60,000 nt of DNA from Callorhinchus milii (Eukaryota): NCBI RefSeq assembly GCF_018977255.1, contig NW_024704742.1:41418001-41478000 (forward strand). Direction: 5' to 3'. Positions within the stretch are counted from its first letter, which is position 1. Each line of letters opens with the position of its first letter. The translations under genes were made by a program, and so were the position numbers. This document shows positions 35,585 to 49,303 of this stretch, in pieces. A model generated the notes under the pieces. The model saw only the letters and a program-made list of their open reading frames with translations. It had not been told where the DNA came from and did not search any database.

Positions 35585-36283
35585 TCCTGCTGATGGAAAA
35601 TGATTAAGTGATTTCATACAGTATCTTTTAAAGCAACACCATGTATGTGTATCAGCCAATCCACTGTTGGCATTCCCTAAAATTTGCATTTTAAACTAGT
35701 AAACCAAGTTTACCAAATTATCCACAATTTGAGATGCATGTCAGAAATGTGTAATTAATACACAACAGTCAGAACATAGAAATTGCACATAAAGTGCTCT
35801 GAAAGTCTTGTTTTTAAAAAAAATTAACGTGTTTGACTCTAAATTTAGTACTCACTTCTTTATCTTAATATGTCAGAGGTTGATTTTTTTAATAATTAAT
35901 TTTCCTTACCTACTTTAGGTAGTAACATTTGTCAAGTTCATTTTCATTCCTGACTTGGGCTCTGGGAGCCAATCCTATAAAATAATGGTGTGTGACTATT
36001 GTTTGCCTGTCTTACAACCCAATCATTGAAAACATTTATATTATAGTATTCTTCTTGCTAAACATTAACTTTTCTAATTCACAATCGACTCCTTCAATTC
36101 TACAAGAGCATTAAGATGAAAACTAACACATGCGACTGCACCAAGTATTTTCCTTTTACGTACAGCCAAATCCCTGCTTGAAACTATGCTTTGCCTGAAG
36201 GCCAAAGGGTGGTTTTACAATACTAGTTGAGTTAGCATTTACTGTATGGTTAAGCCCATTTGAGTCACAACCTTTTAAAAGGT

Positions 36284-37334
36284 CTACATGGACTTGTTGC
36301 TGCTTTTGGAGCTGCTCGTCCCTGAATTTGTCATATTGAACAGCCCAGTGTCCGATAATCTGAGCTTCTTCTTCGGTGGTGTCTTCAATGTCCCAGATCG
36401 TTCTTTTACTTTGTATTCTAAAGTGCTGTGAGGTACTCCATAAATTCCTTGTGCTTTAGAGACACTCATTTTCCCACTCATTACCATCCCAATAGCCTCT
36501 TCCAAAATGTCATGGTCATACTGCCGATAACGCCCACGCTTCTTTCTTGGTTGTTTACTGTCTTTCAGACTAATGCGGTCATGACCATCATTTTCAGATG
36601 TTACGTCAATGGTTCCATTATTTACGTTAAGACATAGTGGAGAAATGTCTCCATGCAGGAGGAAAGAATCAACACTAGAATGAGTCAAAGGTAAAGAACA
36701 TTCAATTTTACTCTGCTTAGGCAGGATAGTTTTGAGTTTCTGTAGCGCTGATCCTTCCAGCAGCGAAGAGGTTTTTGATACCTGGTACATAACATCGAAA
36801 AGCCCACAGCTGTCAGGCTGGGGTTTGGGCACAGAGCTTGCTCGTACCTGAGGAATTTTTAACTGAACAGCAGGACTACTGACACTTTCAATATGAAGGT
36901 TGACATCTTTCTCTTTCAGCTGTGCAACCATCCTTTGCAGGGTTAACTGGTGGAGGTAACTGGAAGCAGTGGGAAACTTTAGCTCTGAAGGTCCCAACTG
37001 ACTGAGTTTTCCCTGTTCATTACATTGGTTGGAACTTCGTTCTGCCTGAGCTCTTGCCCACAATGCAACTTTTTGCAGTAGAGCATGAGGTTCCCCAAAA
37101 GTCTTAGAAAAACAACTCTCAGTGGCATCTCGCATCTTGTTTTTCAATGGTGCTGCTCCTCCTGATAAGGCTTCCAAATTGAGAAGTAAAGTTTGGTGAG
37201 GTATTCCATATAGCATGGCTGCTTTGTTCATGTCCAATGCTCCTGACTGAATGTCTTTCAAGGCTTTTGAAAGCAAACCGTCTGCAAATTCAGCACTTCG
37301 TTTCACAAGCTCCTCAGTGTTTTTCTGTGGTCTC
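36284..37334 (-). CDS. LCORL: LCORL canonical terminal exon with pipsqueak-type HTH domains ([34 protein letters not shown]...[13 protein letters not shown]...[15 protein letters not shown]...)
   Basis: ORF 36284..37384. Acceptor ccatcctag at 37335, phase 2. Both HTH_psq motifs closely match recalled LCORL/LCOR; adjacent to NCAPG as in other vertebrates. Confidence 0.96.
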
Positions 37335-39154
37335 CTAGGATGGATGGAATGAAACGATGGTAAGCTGACGCATGAGACTGGCACACAGCTATGGAAGGGA
37401 AGGGTCCACTCCTTTATTACAGGCTTTGCTTGGGTAACATCACTGCTTCTCTCACTGCTTTAAGTCTCTGAGTTCTGGCTGTTATTGCTTAAAGTTGCAA
37501 AAGGTTACAGTTCTGGTAGGGCAGTGCAAATGTATGATTGCAATTTCGATAGCAGCCTTGATATGACATTTATGTTACAGATCAATATTTGTGTTATTAT
37601 TTCTTGCAGTTGTTAATCCGTGATAGTTGCTTGTAAAAACAAAAATACAACTTTCACAGTTTTAGTGCTTCAATTATCCTTCCTTTTAATTTACTGCATT
37701 ATAATGTTGTTCTACATCCTAAAGCAATTTGTTAGTAGAAACGTGACGTTACCGCTAAACAAGTAATAAAAGAGTTACCCCTCTTTTCCCAAATAGTGTA
37801 CTACAATCACAACAAGCTAAAAGCAAATTCCAAAAACATTGCACAAACATAACAAACAGCCCACATCAATACTGCACAAGAAAATTCACAGTGACAAGCC
37901 TAAATATGTGACACATTTATCAATGTACTCAATTTTAAAAACAGCTGAGGTAACTTGAGATATCAGGAATATTTGTGGGGAGGTGGGGATAATCTGTTAT
38001 TTTATACAGTTAACCTAAAATTACAATTTAAAAACAAAAGGAGCATTTGCAGAGTATACTATCCATTTTGGAATTTAAAAAATGTGCATCCTTTATGAGT
38101 CTCTGTTATAGTCCATAAAGAACTTCCAATGAATAAAATGATTATTAAAATGGACTTAATTTAAAAAAAACCTTGAAAGTGCCAGAAGTGTCAAGACAAG
38201 TTAAATCAATTTATCGATATTGTACTGGTTAGGGTACATATAACAAGAAACTTGTGAGCAACAAGGCCATATTTGTAAACTTAATTCTTTCAACCCAGAA
38301 AGATCCTTGACAATGATGATGGCCACTACTCTGGTATTATCAGCAGCTATTTTGTAAGAAAGTTTTAGTCCACTTTCTGCTGTATTTATTGTACTGATTT
38401 AACTCCAATTTTTCTTAATTGAGAACTGTAATTACACACATGTAGTCAAGGTTAGCCACTTTAAAATATTCTAACATCTACGTATAAAATGATGGGGTGG
38501 GGGGGGGGTGGGGTTATCTTTAGATTCACTGACCTTTGTCAGTACTAACTTTTGTTTAAATGAACACTTGAAGGTTATACCTACTAAAACTACACTTTTG
38601 TATTTATTTTAATTTTGATGATGCAATGCAACTAAAATATACGCTTGATTGGGCTATTTCTGAGGCTGAGTGTTAAGATGCAATGTTTTTGCACAGTGTC
38701 TACACCTCCAAGTAATCCCTCTTCTTTTCAATGAAAGTAACTGTGACTCACATATCTCCAAGTCAATGTAGTTCTTAAGAGCTGATATAATACGATAGTA
38801 CAAACTTTTTTTTGCCACATTCTGGAGACTAGTCAACAAGAAAGCTACTCAAAGTATGTCCTCCATTTATGAGAAGGCTTTGGGTTTCTGCACAAGAAAC
38901 CCCCAATCACGAGTTCTATACTTGAGGTATATTCAATAGACCAATCAAAATAGTTATCTGTGAGTCCTAAGACTATTGCCAAGGAAAAAAAATTTTCCTT
39001 GAATTTTAAGGGGATCACTGAAAGAGGTTCTCCCAGATTTCTGCTCCACCCGTACATCCAGTAAAATGAGCAGGTATGTCCCTACCCATCAATGTCCCAG
39101 TGGACAAACGACGTACAAAGTCACCAGGCTAAGAAGTTAGAGGGAACAGTAGGT

Positions 39155-39335
39155 TTTTTTCACCTCAAGACCCTCCTCTTCAACCGTGCTTTCGACCTCC
39201 CTGCTTCCCCCCTGCCCTTCCCCCTCCCCCAGCCCGACCTTCAGCTCGAGTCCGTAACTGTCTGTCCAGTGCTTTGGGACATCCTCCCGATGTGAAAGGC
39301 GCTATACAAATGTAATTTTGTTGTTGTTGTTGTTT
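39155..39335 (+). mobile_element. Short L2 3' end
   Basis: cacctcaagaccctcctcttc…gctttgggacatcctcccgatgtgaaaggcgctatacaaatgtaattttg(ttg)n. Confidence 0.85.
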
Positions 39336-42300
39336 CCCCCCACTTGTCACCCTGAGCATCTCATTTTATCGGAAAGGCATCAGTAACCATTAACTTGAAT
39401 ACATTTGAACTCTGTGATTACCATCAATGTACTTGTAGTCAAGTACTCCATAGGATGCCGGCGTCCATTGCGTCCATTGGTTTAAAAATGCTTAAGTAGC
39501 CATGTGTTGGATTTCTATGAAGATCACTGCAGCTAACAGCGTAATATACATCCAGGCATTGTTGCACTTGGGAGCCTACTTTCAAAGCCAAGCACAATGC
39601 ATAGATCATTTTGAAGTGATCCACCATTAGAAAAACCACACCCGCTAAGGCGTGGAACTGACTTTCTACAAATCTGTGTGGTTTGAAGCTAGAACTTCTC
39701 CCAGTTGCTTAGTTCCAGGAATTTGAATACATACAATACAAATCTAAACTGCTTCTCCTAAGCACTCCATCAAGACACTTGGACAAATTAATTGACCAAG
39801 TAGATATTCATAGAGCTGTTCATGCCTTCGAGAGGCTGCTGCTACTTAAGAGCAACTTGTAAATACTGTTGGGCCTGAACATGAAATCATACAGACCTTG
39901 CACATTTAGCTCACATTGCCAAAGATGATACAAACGTTACTTCTTGCTGAATTCTGGATCCCTAAAGTGGAATCCCTCAAAATCAAATAAAGTTGGATGA
40001 CTTGTTGGAGTGACCGTTCTGAGCTGCTTCTTCCACACAAAGGCATTCAGAATAGGTCAACGTAAGCCCCCCATCTCACTGTATGCTGCATTATAAAGCA
40101 GTGAAAATAAATCTGTTTTCCTGAGCTATCCAATAACCCCACTCAAAAGTAGTCTGCACACTTCCTTGCAGTCGAGAAGTGGAACCCACTCATCTTTCTT
40201 GATGATATTCTTTGTTTTATCCTTGTCCTCTTCTGAAAGATGAGAAAGTGCGAAGTCCATCTTGAAAGGAAAGGCGAAGTCTGATTCTTTGGCCAGAACC
40301 CTAATCCAAAGCGCTCCAGGACATTGCCCTGCGTGAAAGGCGCTATATCAAGGCAAACTGTTGTAATCCTCACTTTGAGTGGCCTTCAAGTCTCCCCATC
40401 ATTGTCTGTTGCTAACATTCCATTGTGGAAGAAAATTGCGTGGGCCGTCAGTGAAGATATACGGATCGAGAAGAATTGCGGGTTCTTAGTGCAGAACATC
40501 ACTAAATTTGAGAGAATTGAATAAAATAGTGGTGATGCACTTCCTAATTAATTCAAATAGGTCTCCTGTTCTGGGACGATTTAAAGTTGGACACTCTAAA
40601 GCCCAACAATTTCAACAGTTTTTATCAGGAGCTAATTTCCAAGCAAGTCTCACAAATACTGATACCATGAGTAGATGCAAGACACTAGAGATGGAAGTTG
40701 TGGGTATCTGATATCAGAATGCTTCTGTGGAACTAAAACACAGTTTAGGGCTAGATCCTGTAATAAACTAGCAGCTGAACCTTTGGATCTTCAGGAAACT
40801 CAAGCTAAATCTTAATCACAACTTGCATTTTTATAATACTTTTAACATAGGATGATGGATCAGAGTGCTTCAGTGACAGGATCAGATGCCAAGTAAGGGT
40901 CAAGGAGAGGTTATAACATAGGTTGAAGAGGTAGGTTTTAAGATGGGATTCAAATATAGATAAGAGGAGTGAGAGGAACTCCTAGAGGTTAGGGGGCATA
41001 ATGACTGAAGAATCAGCCAACAGTGGTGGCGTGGAGATGGGAAAGGATGCTCAGTTAGCTAAGCGGAGCAGAGGAGGAATAGAAGATAACAGATAGGGAG
41101 GTGCTAGAGCATGAAGAGATGCATAGGTATCTTGAACTTGATCAAAAATGATCAACGATTTTAGCCAGTTTAAGTAAAAACAATCATTCCAATTTAATGT
41201 AGTGATTCAAATGATCTGTAATTCAAATCATTAAAAAAATCCTACGAAAATGCAACAACAAAAAAAATCACTGAAGCAACTTTGGAAGCTTTCGAAAAGA
41301 AGACAAATTAACCAGTATTTGGAATAGAATCCAGAATGTGCTCAGAATGAAGCGACTATTTAGCAGTTCACTTAATTTCAATTCTGAAAAACTGAAAGGA
41401 GTTTCCTGTGTGACTTCTCAGGAGAACATGGTATGTTTTGGGCAAATGGGAAGCAAGGTAGTTGTCTAGCTTTGGCTAAGCATTCAGCTCCTGCAAGCAC
41501 ATGAAGATTGCTAGCATTGAAAAAGACTTGATGAAAACCCTGTATTAACACTGCACAACATTGATAAAGTATTGACGACGCCTTGATCTCTAAGAATCAG
41601 TAGATGTGTTTGAGACCCACAGAATTGTCTTATTGTATGATTAATCAATGGGGGTGTCACAATCTTGAAGTTAAATAAAATGAATCAAGCTTTAAGGACC
41701 AGGATTAACATGAACTCTTCGCCCCAACCCAAAATATTTTGACACAAAGTAAAAGAACAAAAATTACATTTTCTTGGCCTGACAAAATCTTTTCTACACC
41801 ACCTGCAAACACACACTCTAAACTCTGATAATGATCTTTTACTGACCCTTCCCCAATTACCTTAAGGAAACTACTTCTCTGAGTTGAGGGGCACACATCT
41901 ATAAAATGAAAGGCACAGTCCTTTCCTATTGTATTATAAACCAAACATCCACACAATTAAAAATGATTCATTGCAAAAATCACTGTATTCAACTCTGCTC
42001 ACCCCCACCCATAATGTATAATGGAATGTAAACTTTACCCTGGGTGTTTCTGAATAGATGTTATAGCCTCTTTTATTTCAAGAAACTAGTGTTCCCAAAG
42101 CAAGTGGAACTGCAGCTATGAATGACAGAAGGCAAAATTAATTGTGAACTGTCAAGTCAAATTGATTAAGTTAATGTACTTCCTGAGGAACGATTAACTA
42201 TTCCTATAGATTAGCAATATATCTGAGATGACTATTAACACATTCTACTTGTGAAGATAAGAGACATGTTGTTATAGTTCCTCTGTGCTTTGTTAGAACA

Positions 42301-42471
42301 AAAAATAACTCCTAGAATATGCACTTCAATGCCTACTCTGCAGCTGGCTCAACACAAAACCTGAAAGAATGTGTAGGCATGTTTCGACCTCATTTTAACA
42401 GCAAATCGGTACAAATATTGATGTATCTAAATTTTAAACAGTACAGCTAGATTATCACAACAAAGCATATA

Positions 42472-43052
42472 CAGTGAAAGTCGGTTAAGCTGGACACATC
42501 GGGACCAGCCATATTGTCCAGCTTAAACGGCATCTGAGTTTAACCAAAACACCATTACCTCTTCCCGCCCAGCAGAGGAGCAGCAATGGAGTCTCCTCCC
42601 TCCCATTGCCGTTCCATTGGATGGGAAGTCCTTAGAGGCGGCTGAGAGGTGATTGACAATCTTGAAACCGCTTGTGAATGTTTGAGCTCCACCCATTCAC
42701 AAGCGACTTCAGCTTGTGAATTGATTCCTCCCATTCCATCCCTTGTTTCATCCCCATTCCTCCACCCCCCCTCACTAATTGAGTCAAAATGTCTTGCGAA
42801 TGTCTGGAGTCCGCTATCAATCAATCGTAATTTGACTCCTCCCATCTCCACCGTGGCTGAATGCAGTCGCTCGAGACACAGTATGCGCGAATGAGTACAT
42901 TCAGCGGTGACCAGTACAGCATTTTATCTGGATTAACCGGATTGTTTTACAAATTAAAACCGGTTTGTATACAAATGAACTGGGGCTGGGAGTTTGTCCA
43001 ATTTACTCAGCGTCCAAGATTAACCAGCATCCAGTTAAAGCGGCTTCCACTG
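42472..43052. mobile_element. Tigger/pogo (Tc1-mariner superfamily) non-autonomous DNA transposon, 581 bp
   Basis: TA target duplication on both sides. TIRs CAGTGAAAGTCGGTTAAGCTGGA and CAGTGGAAGCCGCTTTAACTGGA match at 18/23 positions. Confidence 0.8.
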
Positions 43053-44864
43053 TATTCATAATTTTGAAATGATCAAGTCAAACAGTTCACTCCATTCCAC
43101 TCATACGTCTTCAACAATGAGCAGTTTGGCGACCTTTAAAGATTTTATGTATACTCCTAGTAGTGAAAGGAAATGAATTGTTATTACCATCAATCGCGGC
43201 CCAGATGAAAAGCCTCGCTTCCTTTAAAACACTCACATGCACAGCCAAGCACTTCAAAAGTAACAACGCAGATGTTATTTTTGTTGCATACCATGCAGTG
43301 GGACATTTAGCATACAATGCTTGTTAAGCGAAGAATGTCACTAATCTCGCAAGCCTGATGCTCTCACATGAACATTTTGACCATCATCTAAAACAAAGAT
43401 GAAATTAAAAACCCAGTGACAGAGATAAAGAATGTTGAAAGAGCTGGTGAGGTCTTGGTAAAAGTATAGTCAATACATTCATTGGCACTTTGCTTTTATT
43501 CATCCATATTCAACAAACAACCCTATTCCAGATATATTTAGATGAAAATTTAAAAATAGTCACATATTAAGCAGTTTTACAGTGTGCTTTAAATTGTTGA
43601 CTGGGATATTAATTGCTCGAGATTTGTCAATTAATTTCAATGAAGTTTGGAACAGATTCCTGCCTTCTACTCTATTTTACATTAAAATTAACAAAAGAAT
43701 ACAAAATTAATAAGGGAGGCCAATTTAACAAAGGCTTCTAATTATTATTTCACACCCTAATTCCATCTTTCCAGCAGTCAAATATTAAGGGGCATGCATA
43801 CACTTCACACTGGCTCTCATCCTGGCAGCACACGTACTCAAGTCACTGGCACCAGCTGCAACTCCAGACTGGAATACAATTATAGTTTTGCCTGTACCAC
43901 CATCTTCTATTAGCTGAACTTCTCCCCCCTTCATCCGTGCCCCCACCCCCCATGCCCATTGAGATGAGCTATTCAACAAATACAGCCCTAGAATAGCTCC
44001 TTGCTAAGTAGTTTACACCCAACTGTTCCCTCATAGGAAACTATTGGTTGAAAATAAAACAACACTAGAATGAAGAAATTAGTGATCCCTAACTTTGGTT
44101 CCTTTACAAAAGGTCGGTCGGTCCACTTCCTTCCAGGGAGGTTCAAAAACACATTTTTCCAGTTTATTTTTGAGTCAGAAATGGGGGCAGTTGGTGAGCC
44201 CATCTCGGCATAGGTTTGTGGTGTAACAATCAAATGAATATAATTAGATAGTAGATATACCTTACATCTTATATATTTAAATTCTACAAGGATGTTCAAA
44301 TCCCCGGAAGTCTCTTGCTCTCTTTTCCTCCTCCCAGCTATAGTACCCCATCAGTCTTATATCTAAAAACAACCCAATCTTCTTTCCTATTATACCGCTT
44401 TCTGCTCTTTTCCCATTCCTAGTTTACTTTCACTTGGATAAACTTCGTCCCTGTACACTTCATCATAGTTTGAAGGTTTTTAAGTATATTATATTGGGTC
44501 TTGTGATAAAATTATCTCAATGGTATGACCACCTGATTGTTAAAGATCTGTACGTATTATTTGTGAACTGGGAAATTGCCCCATCGGAGGTGAAACTCCC
44601 ACTATAAATTGGATAATCAGTTCACGACTCCAATGCTGTACTCGAGGAAAGAGTTCCATTTTCAGATGCCTTATTTTGAATAAGATGTTACCCTTAGGCC
44701 CTGTTTGTCTGATCAAGTGAACATTCATTTATCGTATTCAAAATAAATTCTCAGTGTCCCTATCAACTCTCTTCTAAATTAAGTGGTCATTCATCTAATG
44801 CTTGTTGGACCTTACTGGTGTAAATTGATGTCATATTTGCCTATAAAACAGAAACTGTTCTTAT

Positions 44865-45149
44865 ATAATAATCCTTGCATTTGATATATCTTCTAGATGT
44901 CTCAAAGTGCTTCACAGATTATACTGTAAAGAGAATTGATTGTATATTTGTGGGTGAAACGCGGCAGCCAATTGTGTCCCACAAACGGTCTTGGATTGAG
45001 TGACCAAAGTATTATTTTTTTTCTTGAGGTATTATTTTTAGGCATGTGGAGTAAGGAAACTCGCCCAAGGTTTCGCCCTGGCAGGAAACAAACCCAGGCC
45101 TCTCGCTTGTGAGGCGAGCACTCTAACCACTGAGGTACAGGACTCCACA
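44865..45149 (-). mobile_element. tRNA-derived SINE, same family as 11098
   Basis: Head ends gaggtacaggactccaca; tail ataatccttgcatttgatat. Confidence 0.88.
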
Positions 45150-48100
45150 ATTGACAGTTTAGTGTGAAATCCTTCAAGATGTTTTGATGAGGCAAGACAC
45201 TATAAAAATGAAAGTTCATACTATGAATAGGAGCCATACCACAACACCAAACCCTCTTTTGTCCTAGTTCCCCTCATGACTATCCTTCGTTTTCTTCTTT
45301 TTAGCTAATCTAAATCTACACCTTTACTCTCAGTACCCAGTGGCATCAACCTGTGAAGGAGTCCCTCTTCCAGTACTTTGACAAAGGCCTTTTGGAAGTG
45401 TCAGTGCACTATTTCTTAAGACTTCTCTGTCAAATTGGGATGTTACATATTCAAAAGTCCATGAGGTTGGTCAAGCAAGATCTACCTCTCTGAAGCAGTG
45501 TTAATTTTCATTTTAGGTTATTTTCATGAAGGCAATTTTCTGTTTTGCTTTTCTAATTATTGATGCTAGCCTACTGGGTCTTTAGTTGCTGGGTATGGCC
45601 TGGTCACCTTAATTACAGGAGCACATTTGCTTATTTTCAGTCAATTGGAACTTCCCCATTGTTTTAAGACATCTTTAAAATGTCTGTCACTGTATCCAGT
45701 GGTACAATTTATCTATTCTAATATCAGAGTTAATTTTCTCTGACTGGAAAAAATATAGCACGGTTGCCAATTTGTTGAAAAGAGGCCTGAAAATTCTCAG
45801 GAATTTAGCCTCAAGTCTACATCCTTAAAATTTAAAACAGTGCAGAACAAAATTTTGGAAAATTCAATTTGAACGACAGTTCCTCAAATGAAGATCTTTC
45901 CAAAATTTTGCATGATCTTACATTTTAAGGCAAAGGTCTTGAGACTAAGAATTTGAGTATTTTCAGGCCTCAGGGTTCCAGCAGTATAGAAATGTCTATA
46001 ACAAATTAAATAAAAAGTGATATTCTACTTAGCAGTTTCAGTGGCTGCACACCAACAAAAACATTTTAAACATTTGGAAGCCAAATAAGTTAGGTAAAAT
46101 TCTGTTTTCTGAAGTATCTGTTTTTCCAGACAAGGGGATATTTAGTCTTGCTAAGAATAGGTAGTAAACTTTAGATCTGTGCGCAAAATGGTGCAGCTCT
46201 TGGCAGGGTCCTTTGAGAATTTAATGGCAGCAGCTAATCATTCCAAATCTTAGCTGCTTGAGAAGAATTCAATGGTTGTTACTGTGTTACTGTATGCAAT
46301 TTTTGAGAACACCAAAATAAAAGCAAAGGCATTGTATTAATGACCTTTATTTGTTGAGATACGGTGCATACAACAGAACCATCTATATCAGCAATAATAT
46401 GTTTTAAAAATCATGCTATGACAATTTTGATGAGCAACTCACTATACCCACCCTTCTATTGTTTATCATGTTCAGTATCTCCATCTGTAGATTACACCGA
46501 TTAAAATAATTAGCATTTATTATAGTGCAATAATAATTCAATAAATAATTCAAGTTTAACAATTATTTTAGTGATGATGTTGTCCATGAGAGATGGTGAT
46601 ACATATGACGGCAGAGATATACATATTGCAGGTATGGGCAAACAAAGAAACACTGCCATACAGATCAGATTGCCTCACAAAGTGCATCTGTGGTGTAATG
46701 GGGAAATAGAGTTATTGTGATTAGACTATATTCATGAAAAACATCTTCTGCTTCAAATGGTTTCTTTATTTTGAAAGTCCCTATTTTCAGATGAATTCTG
46801 CTGGAGAAACAATAATCTATTCCTGGAGATGATTGGGATTTTGTCTATTATGAATGCATTCATTTACTTTATGTCCCCATTTGTCAAGTTATAAGTGTTA
46901 TAAAAACAATTCTCTCTACAATAATTTTGCGCTGAAAGAAACACATGCAGCCCAGCCCAATTTCAGTGAATAAAATTCAACGTAAACAACTTTAAAATAA
47001 TCAAATCACAGGCTATATTCAAACACAAAGCTTATAGTGCACAGTACAATATTAACTGGACAGTTATTGGATGCCAAACAAGCAGTAACCTCTCATCATG
47101 AGGAGCCTTGAACTTCTTAAAACATTACTACAGAATCTCTAGCATTTCACTATAAAAAACATCTGTTATGTGTTCCTTTCCTTTCATCATTCCTGTTTGG
47201 CAGTAAGAAGGGATGTGTGTGTTTGGGGCGGTGGGAGAAGGTTAGAGAGGGGTACCTGACAAACTAGGATGGGTATATAGAGTTATCACGGATAATGTGC
47301 CTGACATCCCACACCCCCTATATTCTCTATATGTATGAATTACTTTGTTTGCTTGCTCATCACAAGCCTCAACTTTATCCTGTAAAAAAACAAGGACAGC
47401 CATGGCAGTATTAGGCTATCAGGGAGGAAAAAAGCATTTTGTTTGTCAATTGAAATAATTTACCTCCAGGTTTAATTCAATTTAAGTGATGGGGGTAGAA
47501 GTGGAGACAAACATTTTCTCCACAAAAATCATAGATGGGTTTCACTGTTGCTAAAGAGTACAGCTATACTATCTTCAATAGCATTAAACAGTCGCTCATA
47601 TTGTACAGGCAGTAGGGATGAGACAGACTGGTTGAAACAGAATTAATTCTGAACACACAAAAAAAACTAGAACTAGACAAAAACAAACTGGAATGAATAA
47701 CAAACCTAGAAGATGAAGAGAAACAATATAAATAAATCAAACGTATAAGACATGAGTAGAGCAAGAAAGTTTTAAAAAAGTGAAAGATTGACAAAGAAAG
47801 TACTTCACACATTAGGTTGCAATGCTCAACAATGTACCTAAATCCTAGCAAAAACCTATAACCAGAAGATTTAACTCAAAACACTGTCTACAATCTCTGG
47901 AGCAAAGTTTTACAAAGTAATTTGATATGACACTTCTGGCACTTTAAATGAAAGAAATAGGAATTGCACAGCAAAATACATATTGGGAGTTCATTCATAA
48001 ATATGAAAAAGCATAATACGACTTTTTTTTGCAAGTGAAAGCACCCACGTCTGGTGGAGTATTAATTGGAGCCAACATTTCACTGCCCTAGAACACTTAT

Positions 48101-49206
48101 ACAACAAATTAAAGATATGGGAGCATTTAAGTTTACTTGTCAGATAGAAACCTGCAGTGAAATAGACTGATCATAAAATAAAGTTAAAATAATCTTTTAA
48201 GTTATTAGCGGAGGTTTTCCCTTCAGCAATAATGAAGAAAATAGCTTTGATGCTAAATTGGATAATTAGCTTTTGAAAGGCTATGAGAACGAATGCAACT
48301 AATACCAATAAAATACAACCAAGAAGGAATGCTAAGGCAGGAAAATGAAGTGTGCCCACACGCTTTTAAAATTCATAGCACTCAGCATTACTAATCATTT
48401 GTCAGGATAGAAATTGCTCACAATCTAACATTTTAGGAAGCCTCAACCATGAAGCTGAAATATTCCACAAGACAAAGAAAGTTACAATGGCTAATGGGCA
48501 TATTGCTTTTCTTGTTTAATTTAAATTCATTTCATGATTTATAATGAAATTCACATGTGTAAATACGTAAGATATGCATCACTATGCATATGCAGTAATT
48601 TAGAACAGTATTGGCTGTATGCTAATACTGACAGGCTACAAGCAATGCTTGGTTGTCCTGAATCACGACATTTCTTACTGACAAGTATACCCATAAACAT
48701 TTAACTAGATGCAAGAACTTTCAGAAACCTAGATTAGCCAAGGCACAATTGAACAACTGCCACACACATTATTAGAACTGTTCCATTCTTTAGGAATACA
48801 TCCTTCTTTCATAGGTGTAAAATATTATGTGAACTTTACAAGCTTTTATACAATTTGCTTCCTTAATGCACACTGTCCCAGACAGAATATACTGATAAGT
48901 TAACACCTTGCTACTTGACATTCTTACTTTCTGCAAATTGTTTAAAATATGCATACAATCCAGAGCTTTGTAAAATATAAGTACAGTAATGACAGTTTAC
49001 CAAACTCATCCTGTATTAAGCCTTAACAGTTTTGTCAAGGTGCTTGAAAACTGAGGCTAATTAACGATCACAGAGTTAACAGTAATACAATTGTGAGACA
49101 GCGGTGTCAATCTACACATAAATGTCTGATGCATCCTTGGTAAACATGTTTGTTTAAAATATGTAAGAATGTAAAGAACCACATTACTGTCTTCAGTTAT
49201 ACTTAC

Positions 49207-49303
49207 CCTGATAATTTTACAGTGGTTGGTGTAGGACTAGGTCCGGTTGATATTGTGGAAATTACACTATTCTTCTTTGTAGATAGATCAAGCACTCCAT
49301 CTG
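49207..49303 (-). CDS. LCORL: LCORL shared exon (ADGVLDLSTKKNSVISTISTGPSPTPTTVKLSG)
   Basis: tattag/cag tandem acceptor, gtaagt donor at 49206, 97 nt, phase 1/2. DGVLDLSTKK is a conserved LCOR/LCORL motif. Confidence 0.93.

Noticed and set aside
37335..37384. N-terminal extension [16 protein letters not shown] of ORF 36284..37384
   Set aside because: It is intronic sequence before the acceptor at 37335; LCORL similarity starts at RPQK.
38493..38513. G-run able to form a G-quadruplex
   Set aside because: Short low-complexity intronic run with no supporting context.
49058..49136. Possible short terminal exon (GMHQTFMCRL...*) 70 nt after the 49207 donor
   Set aside because: Weak AAG acceptor with a poor pyrimidine tract, a very short intron, and no similarity I can verify.
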